Shown here piece by piece: positions 15,091-25,240 of a stretch of DNA of 64,000 nt. The first letter of the stretch is position 1. Each line of letters opens with the position of its first letter. A model generated the notes under the pieces. That model worked only from the letters and a program-made list of their open reading frames with translations. It was not told the origin of the DNA and ran no database searches. The stretch covers positions 72,283 through 136,282 of the forward strand of contig CAVXMB010000005.1 in NCBI GenBank assembly GCA_963762745.1, in the 5' to 3' direction. The translations under genes and the position numbers were made by a program. This DNA is from an uncultured Actinomycetota bacterium. GTDB lineage: Bacteria > Actinomycetota > UBA4738 > HRBIN12.

Positions 15091-16167
15091 ATGGATGCCA
15101 CCCGGGTCGACTGGTCGATGGGCTCCCAGGCGGCACAACTCGCCGACTGGGATGCAGCCCTCGCGATCGGTCGCCGGGTCGCGGGTCCCGGCGTTCGCGT
15201 CCCGGCCGCAGAGCGCGCGAGGATGCGGGAGGACTTCGCGGAGTTCGTCTCGTTCTCCGAAGAACGCATCAAGGAGTTCACCTCGCTCGATCCCGGTGGG
15301 TTCCGTTCCCGTGCCTGGGTCATGGGCCGGGGCGACTGGATCCGCGCGAACCTCGGCGGGCTCCAGCGGCTGCTGGAGCCGCTCGCGGGCCGGATCCTCG
15401 CGAAGCAGTCCGGTCACGGCACGTTCCGGAGGAAGGCGCTGGGCGCCCAGGCCGGCGGACTCCTCGGCTACGTCTCGAGGAGGGTGCTGGGTCAATACGA
15501 CGCCTTCCTCCCGCCCGACGACGAGGGGTTGCTGTACTTCGTCGGACCCAACGTGGCGGAGGTCGAGCAGCGGTTCTCGCTTCCCGCTCGTGACTTCCGG
15601 CTGTGGATCGCGATCCACGAGGTGACGCATCGGGTGCAGTTCGGGGCCGCTCCGTGGCTCCGGAGCCACATCCGCGGTCAGGTCGACCGCTACCTCGGCA
15701 CGATCTCCCTCGAGTCGACGGACTTCGGGGCGCAGCTGCGACGAGCGATCGAGGAGGCGCGCGCCGGCGCGGACATCCGGGGCATGGGCGGGGTCTTCCT
15801 GCTGCTGAACGAGGAACAGCGCGAGATCGTGAAGCACGTCCAGGGCGTGATGTCGCTCCTCGAGGGTCACGCCTCATTCGTGATGAACGAGGTCGCGAAG
15901 GATCACGTCGCCGACCTGCCGAAGATGCGGACGGCCCTGGCAGAGCGCAGGCGGCGTGCGAGCGGCGCGGAGCGCGCGTTCCAGCGCGCGATCGGCTTCG
16001 ACAAGAAGATCGAGCAGTACGATGCGGGCGAGCGGTTCGTGCGAGAGGCGGTGTCGCGCTCCGGCATGGAAGGGTTCAACCGGGTGTGGCTCGCGCCCGA
16101 GAGCCTCCCGAGCGTCGAGGAGATCGCCGAACCCGACCGCTGGGTGGCGCGCGTCGCCGGGAGCTGA
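15091..16167 (+). CDS. zinc-dependent metalloprotease, DUF2342-type
   Basis: 358 aa. HExxH motif in LWIAIHEVTHRVQF. It occupies the position directly upstream of tilS-hpt-ftsH, as in other actinobacteria. Confidence 0.8.
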   Translation: MDATRVDWSMGSQAAQLADWDAALAIGRRVAGPGVRVPAAERARMREDFAEFVSFSEERIKEFTSLDPGGFRSRAWVMGRGDWIRANLGGLQRLLEPLAGRILAKQSGHGTFRRKALGAQAGGLLGYVSRRVLGQYDAFLPPDDEGLLYFVGPNVAEVEQRFSLPARDFRLWIAIHEVTHRVQFGAAPWLRSHIRGQVDRYLGTISLESTDFGAQLRRAIEEARAGADIRGMGGVFLLLNEEQREIVKHVQGVMSLLEGHASFVMNEVAKDHVADLPKMRTALAERRRRASGAERAFQRAIGFDKKIEQYDAGERFVREAVSRSGMEGFNRVWLAPESLPSVEEIAEPDRWVARVAGS

Positions 16168-16168
16168 C

Positions 16169-17164
16169 ATGCCTCGCCGGCCTCCGGCGGTCGCGCGGGT
16201 GCTGGAGCGGGTCACCAAGACGGCTCGCGAGCACGAGATGTTCGCCCCGGGCGAGTTGGTCCTCGTGTCGTGCAGCGGCGGTCCCGACTCGGTCTGCCTC
16301 CTCTATTCCTTGTGGCATCTCCGGCGCCTGTTCAAGATCCGCCTCGCCGTCCTCCACTTCGACCATCGGCTGCGTCCTGATTCCGGTGAGGACGCCGCAT
16401 ACGTGCGAAGGCTCGCCGCCCGTCTGGAGCTCCCGGTCCACGTCCGGACCGCGGAAGACGCGCCGGTCAAGGGCGAGTCGGTCGAAGCCTGGGGGTTCAT
16501 CGCTCGGAGCCGTGCGCGGGCGGCCGTCGCGTCCGAGGTCGGCGCCTCGAAGATCGCCCGCGCGCACACCCTGGACGACCGAGCCGAGTGGTTGCTGGTC
16601 TGCCTGATGGCCGGGGCCGGTCCGCTCGGCCTGGCCGGGCCGTCGGCGCATCATGAGGCCGACGTCGAGCCTCTCTTCGACGTGAGTCGCGACGAGGTCA
16701 TGGCGTTCTGCCGAGCGCTCCACCTTCGGCCTCGGCGGGATCCGACCAACGAGGACACCTCGAAGCTCCGAGCGGCGATCCGACACCAGGTCCTACCCGT
16801 GATGGACGAGGTCCGCAAAGGTGGGGCGCGGAAGGCGATCGCCAGGACCGCCGATCAGCTTCGGATGATCGAGCCGTTGATCCGCCGGGAGATGGCGTCC
16901 CGGGGCGCCGGCTCCGCCCGATGGGACGGCGGGTTCCGATTCGAGGTCGATCGGGTGCACGAGGCGCCGTACGAGTTCATCGACCGGATGAGCCTGGCGA
17001 GGGAGTTCCGGCTGATGGGGCATCGGCTCGCGGAAGCCGACGTCGAGGCGGTGATCGATCTGGCGCGCGGGCGTCCCGGCCGGCGACGTGATCTCTCCGG
17101 GGGGTTGAAGGCGATCCGCGAGAAGGGGTACGTTCGAGTTTCTCGTTCTTCCCCCGAGAGCTGA
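16169..17164 (+). CDS. tilS: tRNA(Ile)-lysidine synthetase
   Basis: ATG 16169 within track ORF 15956-17164. PP-loop LVSCSGGPDSVCLL and HFDHRLRPDS. Located upstream of hpt. Confidence 0.88.
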   Translation: MPRRPPAVARVLERVTKTAREHEMFAPGELVLVSCSGGPDSVCLLYSLWHLRRLFKIRLAVLHFDHRLRPDSGEDAAYVRRLAARLELPVHVRTAEDAPVKGESVEAWGFIARSRARAAVASEVGASKIARAHTLDDRAEWLLVCLMAGAGPLGLAGPSAHHEADVEPLFDVSRDEVMAFCRALHLRPRRDPTNEDTSKLRAAIRHQVLPVMDEVRKGGARKAIARTADQLRMIEPLIRREMASRGAGSARWDGGFRFEVDRVHEAPYEFIDRMSLAREFRLMGHRLAEADVEAVIDLARGRPGRRRDLSGGLKAIREKGYVRVSRSSPES

Positions 17165-17192
17165 TGGGTTCTTCGACGCCGAAGGGGGAGCG

Positions 17193-17771
17193 ATGACCGC
17201 GGTCTCTACACTGACCGACTACGTGCAGGCCTACGAACCCGACATCGAACGAGTCCTGATCTCCTCCGAGGAGATCCAGGGCAAGCTCGCGGAGATGGGG
17301 CGGCAGATCTCCGCGGACTACGAGGGCAAGTCGCTGTTGCTCGTCGGGGTCCTGAAGGGCGCCTTCGTGGTGATGGCCGATCTGGCCCGCTACGTCCGCT
17401 TGCCGCTGGAGTTCGACTTCATGGCCGTCTCGTCCTACGGAGCCGCCACGAAGACCTCGGGGGTCGTCCGGATCCTCAAGGACCTGGACCACGACCTCGA
17501 CGGGATGCACGTGCTGCTCGTGGAGGACATCGTGGACTCCGGTCTCACGCTCAAGTACCTGCTGAAGAACCTCGCGGCGAGGAAGCCCGCGTCGCTCGAG
17601 GTCGCCGCGCTGCTCCGCAAGACCGGGATCCAGAAGGTCCCGCTCGACATCCGGTACGTGGGCTTCGACATCCCACCGGACTTCGTGGTCGGCTACGGCC
17701 TCGACTTCGACGAGCGCTATCGGAATCTTCCGTACATCGCGACGCTGAAGCCCGAGGCGTACGGCGGCTAG
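17193..17771 (+). CDS. hpt: hypoxanthine phosphoribosyltransferase
   Basis: 192 aa. PRPP motif VLLVEDIVDSGLTL and ...VGFDIPPDFVVGYGLDFDERYRNLPYI. Confidence 0.93.
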   Translation: MTAVSTLTDYVQAYEPDIERVLISSEEIQGKLAEMGRQISADYEGKSLLLVGVLKGAFVVMADLARYVRLPLEFDFMAVSSYGAATKTSGVVRILKDLDHDLDGMHVLLVEDIVDSGLTLKYLLKNLAARKPASLEVAALLRKTGIQKVPLDIRYVGFDIPPDFVVGYGLDFDERYRNLPYIATLKPEAYGG

Positions 17772-17807
17772 CGGAACCGGCCTGCGGCGCCGGCCGTCCA
17801 ACCGAAC

Positions 17808-18179
17808 GTGAAGCGGTTCGCCCTCGCCCTCGTCACCGTCGCCATCGCCTCATGCGGAGGCGCTGGCGCCGGCGACGGGGCCTCGGGGATCCGCGGAGAG
17901 GCACGGTCCGGTCCCCAGTGCCCGGTCGAAGTGCAAGGCTCGCCGTGTCCCGACCTCCCGTATGAAGGAACGGTGATCGCGACGAACACGGAGACAGACG
18001 AGGAGTTCACCGTCGAGACGGACTCGCAGGGTCGCTTCGAGCTCTCCCTCGAGCCGGGGACCTACGAGGTGTCGATCGTGTCCGAGTCCTCGCCCCCGTT
18101 CGCGAAGCCGCAGACCGTGACCGTCGAACAAGGGTCGTTCGCGGAGATCGTCGTGTCCGTCGACACCGGCATCAGGTAG
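17808..18179 (+). CDS. lipoprotein with carboxypeptidase-regulatory-like beta-sandwich domain
   Basis: 123 aa. Lipobox VAIASC after the signal peptide MKRFALALVT. GTVIATNTETDEEFTVETDSQGRFELSLEPGTYEV. Confidence 0.7.
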   Translation: MKRFALALVTVAIASCGGAGAGDGASGIRGEARSGPQCPVEVQGSPCPDLPYEGTVIATNTETDEEFTVETDSQGRFELSLEPGTYEVSIVSESSPPFAKPQTVTVEQGSFAEIVVSVDTGIR

Positions 18180-18287
18180 CGACGGCCGCCCCATCTGGGG
18201 CTGGTGCTACCCTGACTCCGGGTTGGGACGTGCCATCTGCCGGCCCGTTGCATCCCCCAGGATCGCGCTCCAGGGAAGAGGCCGTCG

Positions 18288-20207
18288 TTGTCCAAGCCAG
18301 AACCTCCGTTCCGACGACTCGCTCGCACCCCGACCATCTGGATCGTGGGCGCGGTCGTGCTGTTCTTCGGGTTGCTGTCCGTCATGCAACGGCCCGAGAC
18401 CGCGGAGAGGATCAAGCTCAACGAGTTCTGGACCCTGCTCGAAGCCGGTGAGATCCGGAACGCGGAGATCCTCGAGGGCGACCAGCAGATCCAGGGGAAG
18501 CTCGAGGACGGCGCCGACTACGTGGTGTCGTATCCGGCCGAGAGCATCGACGAGATCACCACCCAGCTCCAGGACGCGGGTGTCACGACGGAAGCGACGC
18601 CGCAGAAGCCGAACGAGATCGTGGGGCTCCTGTACTACGTGCTTCCGATCCTCCTGCTCGCCGGACTGTTCCTCTGGATGATGAATCGAGCACAGGGCGG
18701 CGGCGGCCGCGTGATGCAGTTCGGTCGCAGCCGCCACAAGACGGTCGGCAAGGATCAGCCCAAGACCACGTTCAAAGACGTCGCGGGCGTGGATGAGGCG
18801 ATCGAGGAGCTGGAGGAGGTCAAGGAGTACCTCCAGCATCCGGCCAAGTTCCAGGCTATGGGGGCGAAGATCCCGCGAGGAGTGCTGTTGTTCGGCCCCC
18901 CCGGGACCGGGAAGACCCTCCTCGCCCGGGCCGTCGCGGGCGAAGCGGGCGTGCCCTTCTATTCGATCAGCGGCTCCGACTTCGTCGAGATGTTCGTAGG
19001 GGTGGGCGCGGCGCGCGTTCGAGATCTCTTCGAGCAGGCGAAGGCGAGCGCGCCCGCCATCGTCTTCGTGGACGAGATCGACGCCGTCGGCCGCCACCGC
19101 GGCGCCGGTCTGGGCGGCGGCCACGACGAGCGCGAGCAGACGCTGAACCAGCTCCTGGTGGAGATGGACGGGTTCGATCAGCGGTCGACGGTGATCCTGA
19201 TGGCGGCCACCAACCGGCCCGACATCCTTGACCCCGCGCTCCTGCGTCCCGGGCGCTTCGACCGTCAGATCGTCGTGGACCGGCCTGACCTCGAGGGACG
19301 GAAGGCGATCCTCCGCGTCCACGCGAAAGGCAAGCCACTCGACCCCGGCGCGGACCTCGACATCCTCGCTCGGCGCACGCCGGGCTTCACGGGGGCCGAC
19401 CTGGCCAACGTCATCAACGAGGCCGCTCTCCTCGCCGCCAGGCGCTCGAAGAAGAGCATCACGATGAAGGAGATCGAGGAGGCGGTCGACCGCGTCATGG
19501 CCGGGCCCGAGCGCAAGAGCCGCGTGATGAGCGAGGAAGAGCGTCGCCTGATCGCGTACCACGAAGGCGGCCACGCGATGGTCGCGCACGTCCTCCCCAA
19601 CACCGACGAGGTGCACAAGATCACCGTGATCCCTCGCGGGCGGGCGCTCGGCTACACGCTCACGCTTCCCGAACAGGACAAGTTCATGATGACCCGCGAG
19701 GAGCTCCGCGACGAGCTGGCGATGCTGATGGGAGGCCGGGTGGCCGAAGAGATCGTGGCCGGCGACATCTCCACCGGCGCCGGCAACGACATCGAGCGCG
19801 CGACCAAGATCGCGCGTCAGATGGTGACCGAGCACGGGATGAGCGATTCGATCGGACCCCGGACCCTCGGACAGAAGCAAGGAGAGGTGTTCCTCGGCCG
19901 CGACTGGGCCTCCACGCCCGACTACTCGGACGCCGTCGCATTCGAGATCGACCAAGAGGTCAGCCATCTCCTCGACGAGGCGCACGACGTCGCGCTCGAG
20001 ATCTTGAACGAGCACCGGCAGAAGCTCGACGAGCTCGCCGCGCTCCTGCTCGCGAAGGAGACCCTTGATCGCGAGGAGGTCGAGCTGTTCTTCAAGCCGG
20101 TCACCAAACGGTCCCCTCGCGCGCCGGAGGTCCGCAGCGCCGGCCTCGCCGTGTCGCGCACGGAGATGTTCCCCCAGCCTGAGGGCCCAGGTCCCCTGCG
20201 GCGATGA
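18288..20207 (+). CDS. ftsH: ATP-dependent zinc metalloprotease FtsH
   Basis: 639 aa with two N-terminal TM segments. Walker [12 protein letters not shown] region PGRFDR, and zinc site HEGGHA. Confidence 0.97.
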   Translation: MSKPEPPFRRLARTPTIWIVGAVVLFFGLLSVMQRPETAERIKLNEFWTLLEAGEIRNAEILEGDQQIQGKLEDGADYVVSYPAESIDEITTQLQDAGVTTEATPQKPNEIVGLLYYVLPILLLAGLFLWMMNRAQGGGGRVMQFGRSRHKTVGKDQPKTTFKDVAGVDEAIEELEEVKEYLQHPAKFQAMGAKIPRGVLLFGPPGTGKTLLARAVAGEAGVPFYSISGSDFVEMFVGVGAARVRDLFEQAKASAPAIVFVDEIDAVGRHRGAGLGGGHDEREQTLNQLLVEMDGFDQRSTVILMAATNRPDILDPALLRPGRFDRQIVVDRPDLEGRKAILRVHAKGKPLDPGADLDILARRTPGFTGADLANVINEAALLAARRSKKSITMKEIEEAVDRVMAGPERKSRVMSEEERRLIAYHEGGHAMVAHVLPNTDEVHKITVIPRGRALGYTLTLPEQDKFMMTREELRDELAMLMGGRVAEEIVAGDISTGAGNDIERATKIARQMVTEHGMSDSIGPRTLGQKQGEVFLGRDWASTPDYSDAVAFEIDQEVSHLLDEAHDVALEILNEHRQKLDELAALLLAKETLDREEVELFFKPVTKRSPRAPEVRSAGLAVSRTEMFPQPEGPGPLRR

Positions 20208-20866
20208 CGGATCGCTGGGCCACCTTCGACTGCTACGGCACGCTGATCGACTGGGACGGCGGGGTACGCCGGGCGCTCGGCAGGGTCTGGCCGGAGGAGG
20301 ACGGGGAGCGGCTGTTCCAGCGCTACCACGACGTCGAACCGCGCATCCAGGCCGGGCGGGGCATCTCCTATCGTCAGGTCCTGCGCGAGACGTTGTCCGC
20401 GATCGCCGAGGCGGACCAGCTCGAGGTGCCTCCCGGGCAGGACGACGCGCTCGCCGACTCGCTCCCGTCGTGGCGGCCGTTCCCGGAGGTGCCCGGAGCG
20501 CTCCGCGAGCTCCGGGATCGTGACTGGAAGCTCGGGATCCTTTCGAACACGGACCCGGACATGCTCGCCGCGTCACTGAAGACGATCGGGGTCGAGGTGG
20601 ACCTGCGGATCACGGCGGCCGAGGCGGGGTCCTACAAGCCGGCCTTCGGACACTGGGACACGTTCTTCCGTACCACGACGGCCCAGCGGGAGCGTCACGT
20701 CCATGTCGGAGCGTCGCTCTATCACGACGTCGAGCCGTGCGCGCAGCTCGGGCTCCCGTGCGTGTGGATCAATCGACTGGACGAGTCGAGCGACCTCCCG
20801 CGCGCCGGCGAGCTGTTCGATCTCGGCAGGCTGCCCGCCACGCTCGACGCACTCGTTCCCCGGTAG
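20204..20866 (+). CDS. HAD-superfamily hydrolase (haloacid dehalogenase type II-like)
   Basis: 220 aa. Motif [11 protein letters not shown] and GILSNTD. ATGA overlap with the ftsH stop. Confidence 0.8.
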   Translation: MTDRWATFDCYGTLIDWDGGVRRALGRVWPEEDGERLFQRYHDVEPRIQAGRGISYRQVLRETLSAIAEADQLEVPPGQDDALADSLPSWRPFPEVPGALRELRDRDWKLGILSNTDPDMLAASLKTIGVEVDLRITAAEAGSYKPAFGHWDTFFRTTTAQRERHVHVGASLYHDVEPCAQLGLPCVWINRLDESSDLPRAGELFDLGRLPATLDALVPR

Positions 20867-20876
20867 CATCCGCCCG

Positions 20877-21467
20877 ATGGATCTGCTCGGACCTCCCGAG
20901 GCGTTCGACGCCAAGAAGGTGGAGGAAGGCGTGCGCCTGATCCTCGAGGGCATCGGGGAGGATCCCGATCGCGGTGGGCTTCGCGAGACACCCGCACGCG
21001 TCGCGCGCATGTACGAGGAGATCTTCGCGGGCATCGGCAAGGACGCCTCGCAGCTCGTCACCGTCGTCGAAGGTGCCGACTACGACGAGATGATCATGGT
21101 CCGCGACATCCCTCTGCAGTCGTTCTGCGAGCACCACCTGATCCCGTTCGCCGGCCGCGCGCACGTCGCGTACATCCCGAACAAGGCGCAGCAGATCACC
21201 GGGCTCTCCAAGATCGCGCGCGTGGTCGACCTCCTGGCGAAGAAGCCGCAGGTCCAGGAGCGGCTGACGACCGAGATCGCCGAGGCGATCGATCTGGCCC
21301 TTTCACCCCGCGGCGTGTTCGTGGTGATCGAGGCCGAGCACTTCTGCATGACGATGCGTGGGATCAAGAAGCCCGGGTCGGTGACCGTGACGTCGACCGT
21401 GCGCGGGCTCTTCCGCTCCGATGCCCGGACCCGCCAGGAGGCGATGGACCACATCGGCATGCGCTGA
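20877..21467 (+). CDS. folE: GTP cyclohydrolase I
   Basis: ATG 20877 within track ORF 20703-21467. [21 protein letters not shown]...[10 protein letters not shown]...GLSKIARVV...QVQERLT...HFCMTMRG. Confidence 0.93.
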   Translation: MDLLGPPEAFDAKKVEEGVRLILEGIGEDPDRGGLRETPARVARMYEEIFAGIGKDASQLVTVVEGADYDEMIMVRDIPLQSFCEHHLIPFAGRAHVAYIPNKAQQITGLSKIARVVDLLAKKPQVQERLTTEIAEAIDLALSPRGVFVVIEAEHFCMTMRGIKKPGSVTVTSTVRGLFRSDARTRQEAMDHIGMR

Positions 21468-21496
21468 GATCCGGGCGCCGCATTACCATCTGGGAC

Positions 21497-22345
21497 ATGG
21501 GGCTCGTGTGGCGTTGCCGTGATCGCGAGCTGCCGCTCGGCGAGCGGACGCTCGTGATGGGCATCGTGAACGTCACCCCCGACTCCTTCAGCGACGGGGG
21601 GATGTTCGAGGATCCCGATGCCGCGATCACGCATGGTCTGCGGCTCCTGGAGGAGGGCGCCGACATCCTCGACGTCGGCGGCGAGTCCACCCGGCCGGGT
21701 TCGGACCCGGTGGCGGAGGACGAGGAGCGCCGGCGGGTCCTGCCGGTGATCGAGGGGCTCCGGCGCGAAGCGCCGGAGGCCCTCCTGTCGGTGGACACCC
21801 GCAAGGCTCCGGTCGCGAGCGAGTGCCTGGCGGCCGGCGCCGATGTCGTGAACGACATCGGCGCCGGCACCGACGCTGAGATGTTCGACGTGGTCGCGTC
21901 CACGGGAGCCGGGATGGTGTTGATGCACATGCGGGGCGAGCCGACGACGATGCAGGTGGATCCGCACTACGACGACGTCGTCACCGAGGTGCGCGGGTAC
22001 CTCGCCGAGCGCTTGGAGGCGGCGGGCGCCGCCGGGATCGGCCGCGACCGCCTCTGCATCGACCCCGGGATCGGTTTCGGGAAGAACCTCGAACACAACC
22101 TCGCGCTGCTCCGTTCGATCGGCTCGTTCCGCGAGCTGGGCGTGCCGGTCCTCGCCGGTGCCTCGCGGAAGCGTTTCGTCGGCGAGCTCTCGGGGAGCGA
22201 CGATCCCGCGGGTCGCCTCGAGGGTTCGGTCGCGGCAGCGGTCTGGTGTGCGACGCAGGGCGTGGAGGTGGTCCGCGTCCACGACGTCGGTCCCACCGTG
22301 CGGGCCCTCCGTGTCGTGGACGCGATCGCTCGGGAGCGACCGTGA
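21497..22345 (+). CDS. folP: dihydropteroate synthase
   Basis: 282 aa. VMGIVNVTPDSFSDGG...GADILDVGGESTRPG...DPGIGFGK. Confidence 0.93.
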   Translation: MGLVWRCRDRELPLGERTLVMGIVNVTPDSFSDGGMFEDPDAAITHGLRLLEEGADILDVGGESTRPGSDPVAEDEERRRVLPVIEGLRREAPEALLSVDTRKAPVASECLAAGADVVNDIGAGTDAEMFDVVASTGAGMVLMHMRGEPTTMQVDPHYDDVVTEVRGYLAERLEAAGAAGIGRDRLCIDPGIGFGKNLEHNLALLRSIGSFRELGVPVLAGASRKRFVGELSGSDDPAGRLEGSVAAAVWCATQGVEVVRVHDVGPTVRALRVVDAIARERP

Positions 22346-22986
22346 CCGACGATCTGCCGATCGTGTTGCTCCTCCACGACGAGGGCCGCGGCGCCGACCA
22401 GTGGCGCGAGTTCGTCCCGCTCCTCGAGAGCCGTTTCCGTGTGGTCGCGCCGGACCTGCCGTCGCGTCCGACGCTCGACCACCTGCGCGCCGCGATCGAC
22501 GGCGAGCGGTGCGGGGTGATCGGGCACGGGACCGGCGGTGCACTCGCCCAGGTGTTCGCGACCGAAGGTGGTGTCGACGCGATGGTGCTGCTCGATGCCC
22601 CGCGCGCGGAGGGTGTCGACGACGAAGCGCTCGCGTCCTTCGACTTCCCCGTACTCCTGCTGTGGGGTGAAGACGACGAGGTGGTGCCGGTCTCGATCGC
22701 GGAGGAGCTGAACGACGCGATCCCGACGTCCACGCTCGGACTCTTGCCGGGATGCGGCCACGAGCTCACCGACGACGCGGCCGCCACGATCGCACCGATG
22801 ATCCTGGAGTACCTCCGCGCCCGGTATCTCAAGCAGCCGCACTCGGCGGCGCACGGTCACGACGCCGATCACGCGCACGACGGCGTGGTGCGGATCCAGC
22901 TCGAACGACGGCCTCCGTGGGTGGACCTCGAGGAGGACGAGCGAGACGATTGGTTCGTCGAGGATGACGAGGAGGCAGCGCCGTGA
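22342..22986 (+). CDS. alpha/beta-hydrolase-fold protein with His/Asp/Glu-rich C-terminal tail
   Basis: GTG 22342 (GTGA overlap with folP). VLLLHDEGRG...GHGTGGALA...LLLWGEDDEVVP...GCGHEL. Tail HSAAHGHDADHAHDG...EEDERDDWFVEDDEEAAP. Confidence 0.7.
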   Translation: MTDDLPIVLLLHDEGRGADQWREFVPLLESRFRVVAPDLPSRPTLDHLRAAIDGERCGVIGHGTGGALAQVFATEGGVDAMVLLDAPRAEGVDDEALASFDFPVLLLWGEDDEVVPVSIAEELNDAIPTSTLGLLPGCGHELTDDAAATIAPMILEYLRARYLKQPHSAAHGHDADHAHDGVVRIQLERRPPWVDLEEDERDDWFVEDDEEAAP

Positions 22987-23351
22987 GCCCAGCCCGCCTG
23001 TTCCTGACCGGGATCCGCACCGAAGGCCGCCACGGCGCACGTCCCGGAGAGAAGGACGAACCGCAGCCATTCGTCGTCGACCTCGACCTCGAGGTCGACG
23101 TGGGAGATGACTCCATCGAGGCGACGGCGGACTACCGTGAGATCACGGACGCGGTCCGCGAGATCGTGGAGCACGGGTCGTTCGATCTCATCGAGACGAT
23201 GGCCGACGCGATCGCTCGCCGGATCGCCTCGGCCCCTCGGGTCGTTGGCGTGACCGCCATCGTGCACAAGCCGAACGCGGCCGGCCGGCTTGCGATCGAC
23301 GGGGTCGCCGCCGCCGCGACGGCGACCCGGGGCGCCGGCGCAGGCGAGTAG
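22983..23351 (+). CDS. folB: dihydroneopterin aldolase
   Basis: 122 aa. GIRTEGRHGARPGEKDEPQPFVVDLDLEV...DYREI...LIETMA. GTGA overlap with the previous gene. Confidence 0.88.
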   Translation: MSPARLFLTGIRTEGRHGARPGEKDEPQPFVVDLDLEVDVGDDSIEATADYREITDAVREIVEHGSFDLIETMADAIARRIASAPRVVGVTAIVHKPNAAGRLAIDGVAAAATATRGAGAGE

Positions 23352-23357
23352 GTCGAT

Positions 23358-23855
23358 ATGGGCGTCGTTGCCTTCCTCGGGCTCGGTTCGAACCTCGGGG
23401 ATCGCCTCGCGAACCTCCAGTCCGCGGTCGACGTTCTGCAGACCGAGCCCGGGCTCAGGGTGACGGCGTCCAGCCGCGTGTGGGAGACGACGCCGGTGGG
23501 CGGTCCGCCGCAGCCCGACTATCTGAACGCCGTCATACGGGTCGAGACGGATCTCTCGGCGCGGGATGTCCTCGATGCCGCTCGCCGCGTCGAGGCCCGC
23601 CTCGGCAGGGTCCGGAAGGAGCGATGGGGCGCGCGCACCATCGACGTCGACATCCTGCTGTACGACGAGGAGCAGATCGACGAGCCCGACCTGGTGGTCC
23701 CGCATCTCCGGCTGACCGAGCGAGCGTTCGTCGTCCTGCCGCTGCTCGAGCTCGAGCCGGATCCGGTCCTGCCCGACGGCACGCGTCTGAAGGAGGTGCG
23801 GATCGATACGAACGGGGTCGTCCCCTCCGCCTCCCCGCTCGCGGTCCGCCCATGA
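23358..23855 (+). CDS. folK: 2-amino-4-hydroxy-6-hydroxymethyldihydropteridine pyrophosphokinase
   Basis: 165 aa. AFLGLGSNLGDR...ERWGARTIDVDILLYD...LVVPHLRLTERAFVVLPL. Confidence 0.93.
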   Translation: MGVVAFLGLGSNLGDRLANLQSAVDVLQTEPGLRVTASSRVWETTPVGGPPQPDYLNAVIRVETDLSARDVLDAARRVEARLGRVRKERWGARTIDVDILLYDEEQIDEPDLVVPHLRLTERAFVVLPLLELEPDPVLPDGTRLKEVRIDTNGVVPSASPLAVRP

Positions 23856-25192
23856 ACGCGACGTGCCTGCGATGTGACTGGGGAGGCGAGACGGACGGTT
23901 CGGCGTGCCCACGGTGCGGCGCGCCGCTCTACCGAAGCGCGCCGGCTCAGCGGGAGCCGCGCGCCGCACCGCCTCCGATCCCCGCCGCGGTCCGGGTCGA
24001 AGGATCGACGGCGGTGTCGGAGGCTCCCTCGCCGGTGTCTGGATCGGAGCGGTCGAGCCCTCGGGCCATCCTCCTCGCCACGGCCGCCGTGTTCTCCGTC
24101 GTCGTGTTCCTGCTGACGCGAGGGGGTCTCGATCCGGGTCCGCCGGCCGGTAGAAGCGCGAGTCCGGTTTCGCGGCAGACCGGAGGGCGACTGGTGTACA
24201 CCGTCCCCGAAGGCGACGAGATGGCGCGCGTCTGGCGGTGGAACCTCATCTCCGACGAGGTCTCGAGAGGTCCGCTCGTCCGGGCGCCGGTCGCATTGGT
24301 CAATGTCCGCTCGGCGGCGTACGGCTGGCTGGGCGTGACGTCCGACGACGGGAGCGGCACGCGGGAGGCATCGCTCCTAGACTCCCTCGATCCCGATGCC
24401 CGGTCCCAGCCGATCGGGAGCGGCGACATCGTGACGTGGACCCGACGTGGGAGCACCGTGCTGTTGGTCCGGCGCGGGCCGTTGCTCGACGGCTGCCGGC
24501 GCCGCGTGGACGTCACCGCCGTGACCGTCGGAGGTCCCGGCGCGGAGACGATCCTCCGGGACACGATCTGCGGCGACGTCCTGTCCGTCGGACGAACGAG
24601 CGTGGGCTATTTCCTGACGCTGCTCGGCGAGGGCGACGCCAACGTCGTGGGCATCGGATACGAGGACGCGGGCGTCCTGCTTCCGCACCACGGTGTGATC
24701 GACGTCTCGCCCGGGGGTCAGATGCTGGTGACGCCGGCGACCCAGTTCCTGCCCGCGCATCCCCCTGCGGTCGGCCCGCAAGGGCCGCCGATCCCGGTCT
24801 CGGGCGAGGCTTCGCGATACCGGTTGTTCGGTGGGATGCCCGTCGATCTGCTGCCGGACGCCGCGTCTTTGCGGATCGACAGGGTGCTGGCGTACACGGA
24901 CGGCGGCACGCGCGCCATGGTGATCGGCCGGCAAGGGCGAGATGGTCCCGCGCTCTGGGAGGTACCGCTCGGGATCGCAAGGGACGAGCCGACGATCCCT
25001 CGATACATCCTCCAGGTCCGCGGATCGACCGCCGCGACGTACGCGAACGACGGAACCGCGTTCGTGTTGACGGATTCGAGATTGTGGCACCTGGTGGGGG
25101 ATCGACTCACGGCCCTGGACCTCCCCGAGGGCTCACCGACCCCCGACGGTCCGATCGCCTGGATCGTCCGCGAACCGATCACGGGGCTCTAG
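23852..25192 (+). CDS. zinc-ribbon + single-TM protein with large extracytoplasmic domain, unknown function
   Basis: ATG 23852 (ATGA overlap with folK) within track ORF 23480-25192. CLRCDW...CPRCG, TM AILLATAAVFSVVVFLL, then a ~370-aa beta-rich region. Confidence 0.7.
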   Translation: MNATCLRCDWGGETDGSACPRCGAPLYRSAPAQREPRAAPPPIPAAVRVEGSTAVSEAPSPVSGSERSSPRAILLATAAVFSVVVFLLTRGGLDPGPPAGRSASPVSRQTGGRLVYTVPEGDEMARVWRWNLISDEVSRGPLVRAPVALVNVRSAAYGWLGVTSDDGSGTREASLLDSLDPDARSQPIGSGDIVTWTRRGSTVLLVRRGPLLDGCRRRVDVTAVTVGGPGAETILRDTICGDVLSVGRTSVGYFLTLLGEGDANVVGIGYEDAGVLLPHHGVIDVSPGGQMLVTPATQFLPAHPPAVGPQGPPIPVSGEASRYRLFGGMPVDLLPDAASLRIDRVLAYTDGGTRAMVIGRQGRDGPALWEVPLGIARDEPTIPRYILQVRGSTAATYANDGTAFVLTDSRLWHLVGDRLTALDLPEGSPTPDGPIAWIVREPITGL

Positions 25193-25240
25193 CCGAGCCC
25201 GCCCGCAGATCGACGCCGTACGAGTTGCGATACTCGAACG

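Noticed and set aside
18207-20576. 789-aa minus-strand ORF
   Set aside because: Antisense shadow of ftsH and the HAD gene, with low-complexity R/P/A/E/L content.
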